Shown one piece after another: positions 14,090 to 26,123 of a DNA stretch of 64,000 nucleotides. The stretch spans positions 40,796,001 to 40,860,000 of the forward strand of contig OZ024742.1 of assembly GCA_964016885.1 (NCBI GenBank), given 5' to 3'. The notes beneath the pieces are model-generated. The model worked only from the letters and a program-made list of their open reading frames with translations, did not search any database and was not told the DNA's origin. The DNA comes from Eledone cirrhosa. Taxonomy: Eukaryota. Within the stretch, counting starts at the first letter, position 1. Every line of letters starts with the position of its first letter. The position numbers and the translations under genes were made by a program.

Positions 14090-14370
14090 GAGTCAACGGC
14101 CATCCGAAAGTGTATAGATATGTATATATACATGTACCGCGCGGTTAAACCACTGGGAGTGAAGGACCCCTAGCCTTTGTCAGGAAATTCTTCTAGGAGA
14201 AGGCAACTCAGGAAACTGGGATAACTCCGATATAAAATCTGCGGTTCAGTAGTTACCGATGATGTTGATATTTTCTTCTTTTCAGGTTATAACTACTGTC
14301 GCTCAGAGAGTGGGATTGGCTCAGTGCACAGTCTTTCCTCACTTTAAAAAATATCTTCACGCACGATAGA
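14090..14370 (+). mobile_element. Possible RTE-type 5' UTR-derived fragment
   Basis: The motif ttctaggagaaggcaactc...aaatctgc resembles RTE 5' leaders (from memory). No ORF support. Confidence 0.3.
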
Positions 14371-14432
14371 ATTAATTAATAATTATTAATAATGCTATAT
14401 CTGCAATGGCCATACTCGATAACGAGGGGGCA

Positions 14433-14473
<41 letters not shown>

Positions 14474-14633
14474 ATGTGTGTTTGTGTGTGTATATGTGTG
14501 TAGATAAATATGTGTGTATGATTGTGTTTGGGCACGCATGTCTGCGTGTATATGTATGTGTACATACATACATATATATATATATATTATAGATAACGAG
14601 GAATCAGTAATGCATCAAACCACAATTTATTAA

Positions 14634-14723
14634 CATATTACATATGTTTCTCCGTTGATCAGCTCAAGGCAGGATCTGTTACAGATTGAACCCGACTCTG
14701 CATTCGAACGTTCCTCAGAAACC
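14634..14723 (-). ncRNA. Hammerhead-like motif with an extended stem II (stem I degenerate)
   Basis: Reverse complement: CTGAGGA acgtt...aacgga GAAA catatg TA. The stem II insert resembles that at 52624-52708. Confidence 0.55.
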
Positions 14724-14825
14724 TTTGGTAAATGGAATAATTGTCTTATGTTGTTTATTACATAATTAAATACCTCTGTAGCATATATAGAGCACTCTCC
14801 TTTCCTTTACCCTTCCTACGGAAAT

Positions 14826-14886
<61 letters not shown>

Positions 14887-14895
14887 ATGTGTGTG

Positions 14896-15005
<110 letters not shown>

Positions 15006-15569
15006 TGTATATATATACATATATATATTCAAAACAGGAGATACGCAGGACAAAGGCAACGGAAAAACGGACAGTCCCATATCTTCAGTCAACATCTGGA
15101 AATCACTACAATTTCATTAACATTAAGGTTGATACTATCCATTCCAGTGCACATTGTGACACAACGAAACAGGTAGAGACAAAGCCATGACAAATTATTC
15201 TGTGGATTACACACATAAAGATGAAAATGTATTGCAAGTGCATCAACTGAAAAAAAAGGAAGAGATTGGTGTCCGAGGGATTAGCCAAAAGAGAAATATT
15301 TTGAAAAGATAGAAATAGAAAAAGACAAAAGAATAATATAGACAGCAGTCCAGCGTGCCGACAGAGAAGAATGACACAGAGGCGTAGATAGGGTAAGAAG
15401 AAAAACTAGAGGAAGGCAGACCGGGCTAAGTCTTTCGAATGTGTTTCAAAACAGAGGACAACGAGTAAACAAACAGCTCCATCTCTTCAATTCTGACTAC
15501 TAGGTTAGAAAATATATATTATCACAGTTATATCTGATAGAATTATCGACGGAACTCATCAAATTTTGT

Positions 15570-15770
15570 GAATAGTTTCTAATTTAGGAACAAGCCAGCA
15601 GTTTTAGGAGAGAGGATAGGGAATCAACCCAGGTACTTAACTGGTACTTTATATTGACGACCTCGGAAGGTTGAAAGGCAAAGATAATCTCGGTGGGATT
15701 TGAACTCAGAATGTAAAGAGACGTAAGAAATAACGCAAAGCATTTGTCAGACGCTCTAAGTCAGCCACTC
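15570..15770 (-). mobile_element. Family-A SINE
   Basis: ctggtactttat...gaaaggcaaag...gatttgaactcaga...catttgtcagacgctctaa. Confidence 0.8.
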
Positions 15771-16508
15771 AACGGTGATTCTTTCAACTTACTTGTGTAG
15801 TTCTAAATCAAATTTTGTGCTGTCCTAAATCTTATTTTGTGCAATAAGTTTAAATTTCGTGTCAAATACTACCATGCGTTTACATGATAAATGATGGTTA
15901 AAAGTTTTAAAACACTCATAAAATGTTTAAAATAGTAATTGCAGATGCTTCATAGACTCTGAAAATATCTACCACTGGGTGATGGGATCTACCTCAAAGA
16001 TTTGCGCAGTTCGAAAATTTCCTTAGAATATACCCTCCCTCCCCGCCACCCTATCAAGTTCTGTAAATAATAAATGCTGTCAAGATTTATAATTCGTGAG
16101 TGATGAATTATGAGCCATACAGGATTTATGTATATTTCCAATCATCTTTCATCTTGCTGTTTGGTGTCCAGCAAAACAGTGCGACGAGATAAAGAACGGA
16201 GGGTGACACCAAATAACACTCTGGCTATAAAACAACATAGTCTTATGGATTGGCTGATGTAAAACATTCTCCAGCGTTTTAAGCAAATATACTTGAATGT
16301 TATATATATGTGGGGGGGGGCGTGTGTGTGTGTTTATGTGCGTGTATGTGTACACATATGTATCTATATGTAAATATATGAATATATGTATGTATGTATG
16401 TATGTATGAATGTATGTATATATATATATATATTGTATGTATTATGCATGTATTGTGGTTCTCTTGTTGCTACCGTCTTCATAGAAAAGAAGCAAAGGTA
16501 AGATGCAA

Positions 16509-16545
<37 letters not shown>

Positions 16546-16787
16546 TTTTCTTTATTAACCACAAGGGTTCACATAAAGTAGACATTAAGGACAGTACAGG
16601 ACAATACAGGACGGTACAAATGGGCATTTCTACGTGTAAAAAAACAGAGGTTGAAATAAAATAACAAAGAAAAATTCCCCAATAGGGGGGAGACTTCCAA
16701 GGGACATTTGTGGAGAAAGCCCATTAAAAGACCACAGTGGCCCTGACCACCAGGGCAAGTGCCCTCTCCCAGTTTTCCACCTTTAAT

Positions 16788-19700
16788 TTACAGACACATA
16801 CTCAGAGAAGGCCCATTCATTCGGGCCATACTTGCTTCGCTCACCCATCTTTCAACAAAATGCTGGGAAGAGAGCACTTCCCTCTCTACCCTGATTTTCC
16901 TTTTCAAATGAAATTTGAAAAAGTTAATCAGGGCATCACCGAAGAAGTAAGTGCTCGTCTTCAGCCCTTTCAAACGTGTCCACCATACTATCTCTTTCGC
17001 CATGGCCACCAGACAGATAAAAACTGCCTGCCCTTCCAGGCTAAAGGAAGGGGGCGCGGTAATCCTCACGATGGACTCAGCTGATAGCTGGATAGGTCCT
17101 ACACGTGACAGCAGGTGTTCGACATAAACCCACAAGTCAGCAATGCTCGGACACTGGACGAGTGCGTGCAGGACGGTTTCGTCGCCCTGCGCGCATCTCG
17201 GACATGCCCGGCTGACGGCACCTCCATGCCTGTAGAGTTTATCCCGAACTGGCAAAGCTCCTCGGTAGCACTGCCAGGCCAGGGATTTCTGGAAGTTGTC
17301 CATAGGCCCCGGCCCGAAAGTCCTTCCGAAGAGATTGGCTAGTTGATTTTCGTCGACGCCTAGAGTTTCTCCAAGTACGTCGTCGCTCTTCCCCTCCACT
17401 AATCCCCTATAGAACGCCAAGGTGGAGTTTCCACCGATCACATTGCCCGATTGGTCGAGGGCTGTGAGCGCCTGAAGACATTCCAGTCTCCAAGCGCTCC
17501 CTCTCGGTCTTCGCTTCACCCAGGACTGCAGCTCCGTCAAGGAGACGAGCTGGGGAAAAACGTGTCTTGCAAACGGCGACCACACCTGATCACCGTCGAG
17601 GAAGAGGTGGAGATGTCGTAGCCTGAGCGCGTGTCTGCGCATCATCAGCCACGGCATGCCCAGCCCTCCACGTAGAGGGTGTTGACAGCAGATGGACCGC
17701 CTGACCATCGGAGCGCGTCCCTTCCACAAGAAGCGAAAGAGCAAACGCTCCAGCGCAGTCAGGCGGGGCTTAGGACAAGGTACGACGGTCAGGCGGTAGT
17801 AGATGACGGATGCGATGTACGCATTCGCCACCTCCGCTCGACCTTTCAGGGATAGCTTCCTCTCGGCCCATTTCTGGGTGAGAGAAGCCACCCTGCTCGT
17901 CACCTCGTCCCAGTTTTTGTCCGTCTGGAGGTCTGGACCGAACCAGACCCCTAGCAATTTAACCGGTCCGTCCGTCCAGCGCCCGACGACGCTGTTGGAC
18001 GGCATGGACCTGCCTCTCCAGGTGCCGAGCTGCAGGCCCAGTGACTTTTCCTGGTTGATCATTGCTCCTGTCACCGCTTCGTATTCTCTTAGTGTAGTGC
18101 CGATCGCCTCGATGTGTTTGGCGTTCGACACCACTACGGTGACATCGTCGGCATATGCTGACACGGATCTTCCGCATCCTAGTTCGCGCCGGACCACCCT
18201 CAACGTCTCCAGTTTGTGCAGTAATGGCTCGAGGGTCAATACGTACAATAGGGACGAGAGGGGACATCCTTGGCGGACCGAGCGCATGATGTTGAACGGT
18301 TCCGAAAGGTGACCGTTCACTCTCACTACAGAGCAGATGTCGCTGTGCATGGCAGCGATCCAGCCTCTGAAGACGGGCCCAAAGCCAGCCGCCCTCAGGA
18401 CTGCCGTAAGGTAACGATGGTCGACCCTATCGAAGGCTTTCGACTGATCTAAATTGATCAAAGACCCACCCGTGCCAGGTTCCCTAGCTACCCTCTCTAC
18501 GATGTATCGCATGAGGTGGAGGTTGTCGTGGATGGATCTGTCGGGAATGGCGCATGTCTGTGCCTCTCCCACCAGACCACCAACGACAAGCGCCAACCTC
18601 TTTGCTAGCACCTTGGCCAAAATCTTAAACTCTGTGTTTAGCAGAGTTATGGGCCTAAAATTATCTATGTTATCCCCCTTGTTCGGATCCTTTCTCAGCA
18701 GCGCCACCGCTCCTCGGCTCACAGAGCTGGGAATTCTCCCGTTCTGTTGCCAGTTGCAGTAGACGTCCGCCAAGAGGCCTCCGAACAAGTTTGGCATTTG
18801 TACGTAAAGTTCATAGGGCAGACCATCCAAACCAGGCGATTTGCCCCTTGTGCAACTAGTCATTGCATCCCGTGCTTCAGCGGTTGTTATCGGCTTTTCG
18901 CAACACTCCGCCTCGGTGGCCGAAAGCCGCGGCAGTCCGTCGAGGTAGACACTAAAGTCCATCCCTCGATCCGGCCCGCCACTGCCCCCGAACAGTTGAG
19001 CGAAGTGTCGCTGAAAAGCTTCACACATTTGCCCGGGATCGAGTAGCATGCGCCCGTCGTAGTCCACCAAAGACCGGATCGTGGCTTTGTTGCCACGACG
19101 CGCCTCCGCCACTCGGGCCCATTGAACGGCTTTCGTCCCCTCGTGTCTGAGAGCACGCACCCTAGCTCTGACAACGCAGCCTTCGTGCTTTGCATTGAAG
19201 AATTGGTCAAGGGCCAATTTCGCCGCAAGTACGTCGGTCGCGATGCCTTTGCTAAGCGCCTCATCTAATTTTCTAACTAATTCTCCCTCTGCTCTATTTT
19301 TCTCTATTGCTAAAGTCTTACTAAACCTAATGGACTCTATTCTAATTGCTCTTTTCAGAGCAAACCACCACTTGTTGTTGACGATGGCCCCCGTCAACGC
19401 CCGCTTAACTAGTTCGCTAATCCGGTCTCTGTAGGCCTTGCGCGCTGGTAAGGACGCGTTTAGCTTCCAGTAGTCGGGTCCTCGTCTATGAAGCCTATCT
19501 AAGTCAAGCACACAGATCACGAATTTGTGGTCCGTGTAGCTGACTATCTTGAATTGTGGACAGCCTATGCTAGACCTATCTATTTCCCTACAAAATACTC
19601 TATCTAGATATGATCTGGATGACCCTATGCGATTTGTCCAAGTCCACATTGGTACATTCGGGAAATCCATTCGGTACCTGTCAGACAGTTCAAAACGTCT

Positions 19701-20207
19701 GAGCAGGTTGGTGAGACTCTTGCACCCTCCTTCCCTATCCACTAATCCCACACAATCCCAGCGTGCATCTAAGATCCCGTTCCAGTCGCCCACTAACACT
19801 AAAGAGCGGGACGTTCCAAGAAAGGTCTCCAGACGCCGGAAGAAATCAGGCCGCCCTGCTCCTGTCGGGGCATAGACGGCCACTAACCTGAAAGCTTGCC
19901 CGTCTCCGCTGGTCACGTCCAGCACCACCAACTTACCTTCTGGGTCCAGGAAGATGGCCCGTATGGCAAGATCCAAACCTCTCCGAAAAAGCACAGCAAC
20001 TCCTCCCCCCGATCCCGGACGGATGGGAGATGCGTACACATCGTAGCCGCCGAAGATCGGTGCGAAAGCCTGTGCTTCGGAGATTCTGGTCTCGCTGATG
20101 GCCACTACATCTATGTTTAGTGACCTGAGGTCGTTGAGCAGGTGGCCCTGCTTCCATGACGACCCCAAGCCACGCACATTTATGCTGCCTATTCTGAGTG
20201 AGGTCAT
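16788..20207 (-). CDS. ORF2p: APE endonuclease + reverse transcriptase + C-terminal CCHC finger (intact, 1139 aa)
   Basis: SINVRGL, SETR, VYAP, VGDWN, YLDR, TDHK (APE); KSPGLDGLP, FRPITLLN, DQSKAFDRVDH, RQGCPLS, AYADD (RT); CPRC...H...C. Confidence 0.95.
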   Translation of the reverse strand: MTSLRIGSINVRGLGSSWKQGHLLNDLRSLNIDVVAISETRISEAQAFAPIFGGYDVYASPIRPGSGGGVAVLFRRGLDLAIRAIFLDPEGKLVVLDVTSGDGQAFRLVAVYAPTGAGRPDFFRRLETFLGTSRSLVLVGDWNGILDARWDCVGLVDREGGCKSLTNLLRRFELSDRYRMDFPNVPMWTWTNRIGSSRSYLDRVFCREIDRSSIGCPQFKIVSYTDHKFVICVLDLDRLHRRGPDYWKLNASLPARKAYRDRISELVKRALTGAIVNNKWWFALKRAIRIESIRFSKTLAIEKNRAEGELVRKLDEALSKGIATDVLAAKLALDQFFNAKHEGCVVRARVRALRHEGTKAVQWARVAEARRGNKATIRSLVDYDGRMLLDPGQMCEAFQRHFAQLFGGSGGPDRGMDFSVYLDGLPRLSATEAECCEKPITTAEARDAMTSCTRGKSPGLDGLPYELYVQMPNLFGGLLADVYCNWQQNGRIPSSVSRGAVALLRKDPNKGDNIDNFRPITLLNTEFKILAKVLAKRLALVVGGLVGEAQTCAIPDRSIHDNLHLMRYIVERVAREPGTGGSLINLDQSKAFDRVDHRYLTAVLRAAGFGPVFRGWIAAMHSDICSVVRVNGHLSEPFNIMRSVRQGCPLSSLLYVLTLEPLLHKLETLRVVRRELGCGRSVSAYADDVTVVVSNAKHIEAIGTTLREYEAVTGAMINQEKSLGLQLGTWRGRSMPSNSVVGRWTDGPVKLLGVWFGPDLQTDKNWDEVTSRVASLTQKWAERKLSLKGRAEVANAYIASVIYYRLTVVPCPKPRLTALERLLFRFLWKGRAPMVRRSICCQHPLRGGLGMPWLMMRRHALRLRHLHLFLDGDQVWSPFARHVFPQLVSLTELQSWVKRRPRGSAWRLECLQALTALDQSGNVIGGNSTLAFYRGLVEGKSDDVLGETLGVDENQLANLFGRTFGPGPMDNFQKSLAWQCYRGALPVRDKLYRHGGAVSRACPRCAQGDETVLHALVQCPSIADLWVYVEHLLSRVGPIQLSAESIVRITAPPSFSLEGQAVFICLVAMAKEIVWWTRLKGLKTSTYFFGDALINFFKFHLKRKIRVEREVLSSQHFVERWVSEASMARMNGPSLSMCL

Positions 20208-20241
20208 GTTGAAAAGGAGTGGAAAAGATGGGAAAGACCAC

Positions 20242-22202
20242 TTACCTTACTTCTCGTAGGGGAAGGACGGCTTTTCCATCCTTTTCACTGCTTGTGGCCT
20301 CCTCAGGAAGGATGTCCTTATAAATCCTCCTGGAGAGTGCTTGTCGGAAGTCTCCGATGTCTTTGGGGAATTTTTGTTTTAGTGTCATGTACATTTTCTG
20401 TGTGATGCGAGTGATTTGTATGTGTGGAGGTGGTGTGAATTTTGGGGTTGTTGTGTAGTCTTTTTCTGTGATGCTGGTGTTGTGTTGGATGTAGTGTAAT
20501 AATTGCTTGTTGTTCAAATTTAATGCTGTGTAGTGTGTATCGTTTTGGTTGTTTTGTTTTGTTTGCGTTTGTTGTGGGTTTGTTTCTGTTTCGCATTTTG
20601 GTGACTTTTGTGGTGTAGGTGATGGTGGTGTTGGAGTTAATGATGGTGATGGTGTTGGTGTTTGGGTTGATGGGGTTGGTGATGCTGGTGTGGATGGTGG
20701 CATATCTGTCCTAACTTTTTTGTTTCTTAGTTTATTTGTTTCCCTCTGTATTTTGTTTTTGGAGGGGGAAGGAAGAGAATTTTTTCTTTTTTGGTTTCTT
20801 TTTTTTTTTCCGGATATCGTTTCCCACTCCTCGTCGTCACAATCTGTCTCCAGTTGTGATAGGCCGGGGAGTGGAAAATCCTCCACAGCCGTTAGTTTTG
20901 GTTGTGGTGTGGTGGATGGTGTAGGCGCTGGTGCTAGTTCTGAAGCGTTGGGTGGTGGTGGTGTTGGTTTTGCTGGTGGTGGTAGTGGTGTTGGTTTTGC
21001 TACTGTTGCTGGGGTTGTTGCTGTTATAGTTGCTTCTGTTGCTGCTACAGTTGTTGCTGCCATCTCTGCTACTGGTGGTGTTGATGGTTGTGTCACTGGG
21101 GTTGGTAGGAGAGGTGGCCTCAACCTTTTAGCCTGGGGGCAGAAAGCCCTTAGGTGGGTTCCTTCACCACAAACGACACACCTAGGTCTTCTGCCCTCGA
21201 CAATTACCGTGAGGTGGCTGCCGTCAGTGAGGTCTATTACCTCTGGGATCTCCTCAATGCTTTTTTGGTCCACTTGGATCAGGAGCTCCATCCCAGATCC
21301 GGACCAGTTTTCCTGCTTTTCTTTTGCTACTGCTATTATTTTCGTGTTGGCTTCGATGCCGGCGAGGACAGCCGCTATTAGCCAGGGAATTTCGATGGCC
21401 GGTGGAACGTGGGTCACCCTGATCTTTACGAGTCTCTGGCCACAATAGCTTGGGACGAGTGTGAGGTCGTCACTTTTTAATGGGGCCATGGAGTGTTCTC
21501 TAGCCTCCTCTGGTGTTTCAAAGAACACATCCACGGTTCCATACTTTTGCCCACGTCTGATGTGGATTTTTCTTGCCCACACATGTCCCAAAGCTTTTGG
21601 GATTTGAGACTCGGATGCCCGTTCCACTCGGCGCGATTTTACATTTATTGTTCTATACGACACGGTGCACAGGCGCCGATGCTCCATTTTATTAGGTGGG
21701 GGGTGAGGCTGACCCTGTACCCATCTTTCTTTACCATTTGTTTGGCATTTTCTAAATCTTCTTGAGTTACCGTGAACGCTTCGAATTGTTTTGCTACGAT
21801 GGCGAAACTGAGGGTCGGTTTTATAATGTCATTGTTGTTGTTGTTGCTATCGTTATTTGTGTTAATCTTAATTTTTGTTTCAGTTGTGGTTGTGGTGACG
21901 TCATTCGTCTTTGGTGCGGAAGAGTCCATTTTGCTTGATTTCATTTCGACATCACGAGTTAATTTTTTTTTTCTTCTTTTGTTTCTGTTATCGCGGTGGT
22001 GGTGGGGGTGGAGGCTTTAACACCTGCAGTCATTGGTAATGGCGGGAAATGAATGTCTGCCTGAGACAAATTTAAAATATTGCTACTGCTTATATTTTTT
22101 TGTGTTGGCAAACGTAGTAACATTTACAATGGTGGTGTCGGTGTGAGGTGTTATTTTGTGAGGAAGGCTTTCAGCTGCTTCGTGCAGAGGGGAATTAGCC
22201 AT
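20242..22202 (-). pseudogene. ORF1p of copy 1 (CCHC knuckle, Pro/Thr-rich), frameshifted near 21700 and 21960-22110
   Basis: CVVCGEGTHLRAFC. Indels relative to copy 2 fall in homopolymers and low-complexity tracts. Confidence 0.85.
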
Positions 22203-22668
22203 TTTTTTTTCAAAGAAATTTTTGGATAATAATAAAAGTTAAAATTTTGGGCACAAGGCCCCAATCTTTTTAAGTGTCCTTTTCGGAAAACAATGTATGT
22301 GCGCTTATAAACAGTTAACAATAAAATTTTCCATAAATGACAATTTTTAACAAACGGAAATAACAAACCTTTGCGGAGCTCACGATGATACGATTTACTA
22401 AGTAGGTCGCCAATAATAATAATAATGTTTTCTTTATTAACCACAAGGGTTCACATAAAGTAGACATTAAGGACAGTACAGGACAATACAGGACGGTACA
22501 AATGGGCATTTCTGCGTGTAAAAAACAGAGGTTGAAATAAAATAACAAAGAAAAATTCCCCAATAGGGGGGAGACTTCCAAGGGACATTTGTGGAGAAAG
22601 CCCATTAAAAGACCACAGTGGCCCTGACCACCAGGGCAAGTGCCCTCTCCCAGTTTTCCACCTTTAAT

Positions 22669-25600
22669 TTACAGACACATACTCAGAGAAGGCCCATTCA
22701 TTCGGGCCATACTTGCTTCTCTCACCCATCTTTCAACAAAATGCTGGGAAGAGAACACTTCCCTCTCTACCCTGATTTTCCTTTTCAAATGAAATTTGAA
22801 AAAGTTAATCAGGGCATCACCGAAGAGGTAAGTGCTCGTCTTCAGCCCTTTCAAACGTGTCCACCATACTATCTCTTTCGCCATGGCCACCAGACAGATA
22901 AAAACTGCCTGCCCTTCCAGGCTAAAGGAAGGGGGCGGGGCAATCCTCACGATGGACTCAGCTGATAGCTGGATCCGTCCTACACGTGACAGCAGGTGTT
23001 CGACATAAACCCACAAGTCAGCAATGCTCGGACACTGGACGAGTGCGTGCAGGACGGTTTCGTCGCCCTGCGCGCATCTCGGACATGCCCGGCTGACGGC
23101 ACCTCCATGCCTGTAGAGTTTATCCCGAACTGGCAAAGCTCCTCGGTAGCACTGCCAGGCCAGGGATTTCTGGAAGTTGTCCATAGGCCCCGGCCCGAAA
23201 GTCCTTCCGAAGAGATTGGCTAGTTGATTTTCGTCGACGCCTAGAGTTTCTCCAAGTACGTCGTCGCTCTTCCCCTCCACTAATCCCCTATAGAACGCCA
23301 AGGTGGAGTTTCCACCGATCACATTGCCCGATTGGTCGAGGGCTGTGAGCGCCTGAAGACATTCCAGTCTCCAAGCGCTCCCTCTCGGTCTTCGCTTCAC
23401 CCAGGACTGCAGCTCCGTCAAGGAGACGAGCTGGGGAAAAACGTGTCTTGCAAACGGCGACCACACCTGATCACCGTCGAGGAAGAGGTGGAGATGTCGT
23501 AGCCTGAGCGCGTGTCTGCGCATCATCAGCCACGGCATGCCCAGCCCTCCACGTAGCGGGTGTTGACAGCAGATGGACCGCCTGACCATCGGAGCGCGTC
23601 CCTCCCACAAGAAGCGAAAGAGCAAACGCTCCAGCGCAGTCAGGCGGGGCTTAGGACAAGGTACGACGGTCAGGCGGTAGTAGATGACGGATGCGATGTA
23701 CGCATTCGCCACCTCCGCTCGACCTTTCAGGGATAGCTTCCTCTCGGCCCATTTCTGGGTGAGAGAAGCCACCCTGCTCGTCACCTCGTCCCAGTTTTTG
23801 TCCGTCTGGAGGTCTGGACCGAACCAGACCCCTAGCAATTTAACCGGTCCGTCCGTCCAGCGCCCGACGACGCTGTTGGACGGCATGAACCTGCCTCTCC
23901 AGGTGCCGAGCTGCAGGCCCACTGACTTTTCCTGGTTGATCATTGCTCCTGTCACCGCTTCGTATTCTCTTAGTGTAGTGCCGATCGCCTCGATGTGTTT
24001 GGCGTTCGACACCACTACGGTGACATCGTCGGCATATGCTGACACGGATCTTCCGCATCCTAGTTCGCGCGGGACCCCCCTCAACGTCTCCAGTTTGTGC
24101 AGTAATGGCTCCAGAGTCAATACGTACAATAGGGACGAGAGGGGACATCCTTGGCGGACCGAGCGCATGATGTTGAACGGTTCCGAAAGGTGACCGTTCA
24201 CTCTCACTACAGAGCAGATGTCGCTGTGCATGGCAGCGATCCAGCCTCTGAAGACGGGCCCAAAGCCAGCCGCCCTCAGGACTGCCGTTAGGTAACGATG
24301 GTCGACCCTATCGAAGACTTTCGACTGATCTAAATTGATCAAAGACCCACCCGTGCCAGGTTCCCTAGCTACCCTCTCTACGATGTATCGCATGAGGTGG
24401 AGGTTGTCGTGGATGGATCTGTCGGGAATGGCGCATGTCTGTGCCTCTCCCACCAGACCACCAACGACAAGCGCCAACCTCTTTGCTAGCACCTTGGCCA
24501 AAATCTTGAACTCTGTGTTTAGCAGAGTTATGGGCCTAAAATTATCTATGTTATCCCCCTTGTTCGGATCCTTTCTCAGCAGCGCCACCGCTCCTCGGTT
24601 CACAGAGCTGGGAATTCTCCCGTTCTGTTGCCAGTTGCAGTAGACGTCCGCCAAGAGGCCTCCGAACAAGTTTGGCATTTGTACGTAAAGTTCATAGGGC
24701 AGACCATCCAAACCAGGCGATTTACCCCTTGTGCAACTAGTCATTGCATCCCGTACTTCAGCGGTTGTTATCGGCTTTTCGCAACACTCCGCCTCAGTGG
24801 CCGAAAGCCACGGCAGTCCGTCGAGGTAGACACTAAAGTCCATCCCTCGATCCGGCCCGCCACTGCCCCCGAACAGTTGAGCGAAGTGTCGCTGAAAAGC
24901 TTCACACATTTGCCCGGGATCGAGTAGCATGCGCCCGTCGTGGTCCACCAAAGACCGGATCGTGGCTTTGTTGCCACGACGCGCCTCCGCCACTCGGGCC
25001 CATTGAACGGCTTTCGTCCCCTCGTGTCTGAGAGCACGCACCCTAGCTCTGACAACGCAGCCTTCGTGCTTTGCATTGAAGAATTGGTCAAGGGCCAATT
25101 TCGCCGCAAGTACGTCGGTCGCGATGCCTTTGCTAAGCGCCTCATCTAATTTTCTAACTAATTCTCCCTCTGCTCTATTTTTCTCTATTGCTAAAGTCTT
25201 ACTAAACCTAATGGACTCTATTCTAATTGCTCTTTTCAGAGCAAACCACCACTTGTTGTTGACGATGGCCCCCGTCAACGCCCGCTTAACTAGTTCGCTA
25301 ATCCGGTCTCTGTAGGCCTTGCGCGCTGGTAAGGACGCGTTTAGCTTCCAGTAGTCGGGTCCTCGTCTATGAAGCCTATCTAAGTCAAGCACACAGATCA
25401 CGAATTTGTGGTCCGTGTAGCTGACTATCTTGAATTGTGGACAGCCTATGCTAGACCTATCTATTTCCCTACAAAATACTCTATCTAGATATGATCTGGA
25501 TGACCCTATGCGATTTGTCCAAGTCCACATTGGTACATTCGGGAAATCCATTCGGTACCTGTCAGACAGTTCAAAACGTCTGAGCAGGTTGGTGAGACTC

Positions 25601-26089
25601 TTGCACCCTCCTTCCCTATCCACTAATCCCACACAATCCCAGCGTGCATCTAAGATCCCGTTCCAGTCGCCCCTCTAACACTAAAGAGCGGGACGTTCCA
25701 AGAAAGGTCTCCAGACGCCGGAAGAAATCAGGCCGCCCTGCTCCTGTCGGGGCATAGACGGCCACTAACCTGAAAGCTTGCCCGTCTCCGCTGGTCACGT
25801 CCAGCACCACCAATTTACCTTCTGGGTCCAGGAAGATGGCCCGTATGGCAAGATCCAAACCTCTCCGAAAAAGCACAGCAACTCCTCCCCCCGATCCCGG
25901 ACGGCTGGGAGATGCGTACACATCGTAGCCGCCGAAGATCGGTGCGAAAGCCTGTGCTTCGGAGATTCTGGTCTCGCTGATGGCCACTACATCTATGTTT
26001 AGTGACCTGAGGTCGTTGAGCAGGTGGCCCTGCTTCCATGACGACCCCAAGCCACGCGCATTTATGCTGCCTATTCTGAGTGAGGTCAT
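22669..26089 (-). pseudogene. ORF2 of copy 2 with one frameshift near 25672
   Basis: ORFs 25616-26089 and 22669-25632 together reconstitute ORF2; +1 nt relative to copy 1. Confidence 0.88.
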
Positions 26090-26123
26090 GTTGAAAAGGA
26101 GTGGAAAAGATGGGAAAGACCAC

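Larger units (their letters stand above)
16545..22411 (-). mobile_element. Full-length L1/Tx1-clade non-LTR retrotransposon, copy 1, inserted in (AAT)n
   Basis: 5' GGCGACCTAC, ORF1, ORF2 and a 3' UTR ending ttaataaagaaaac. (AAT)n on both sides. Confidence 0.93.

Noticed and set aside
15030-15190. Possible GIY-YIG C-terminal relic
   Set aside because: Similarity too weak to support by eye.
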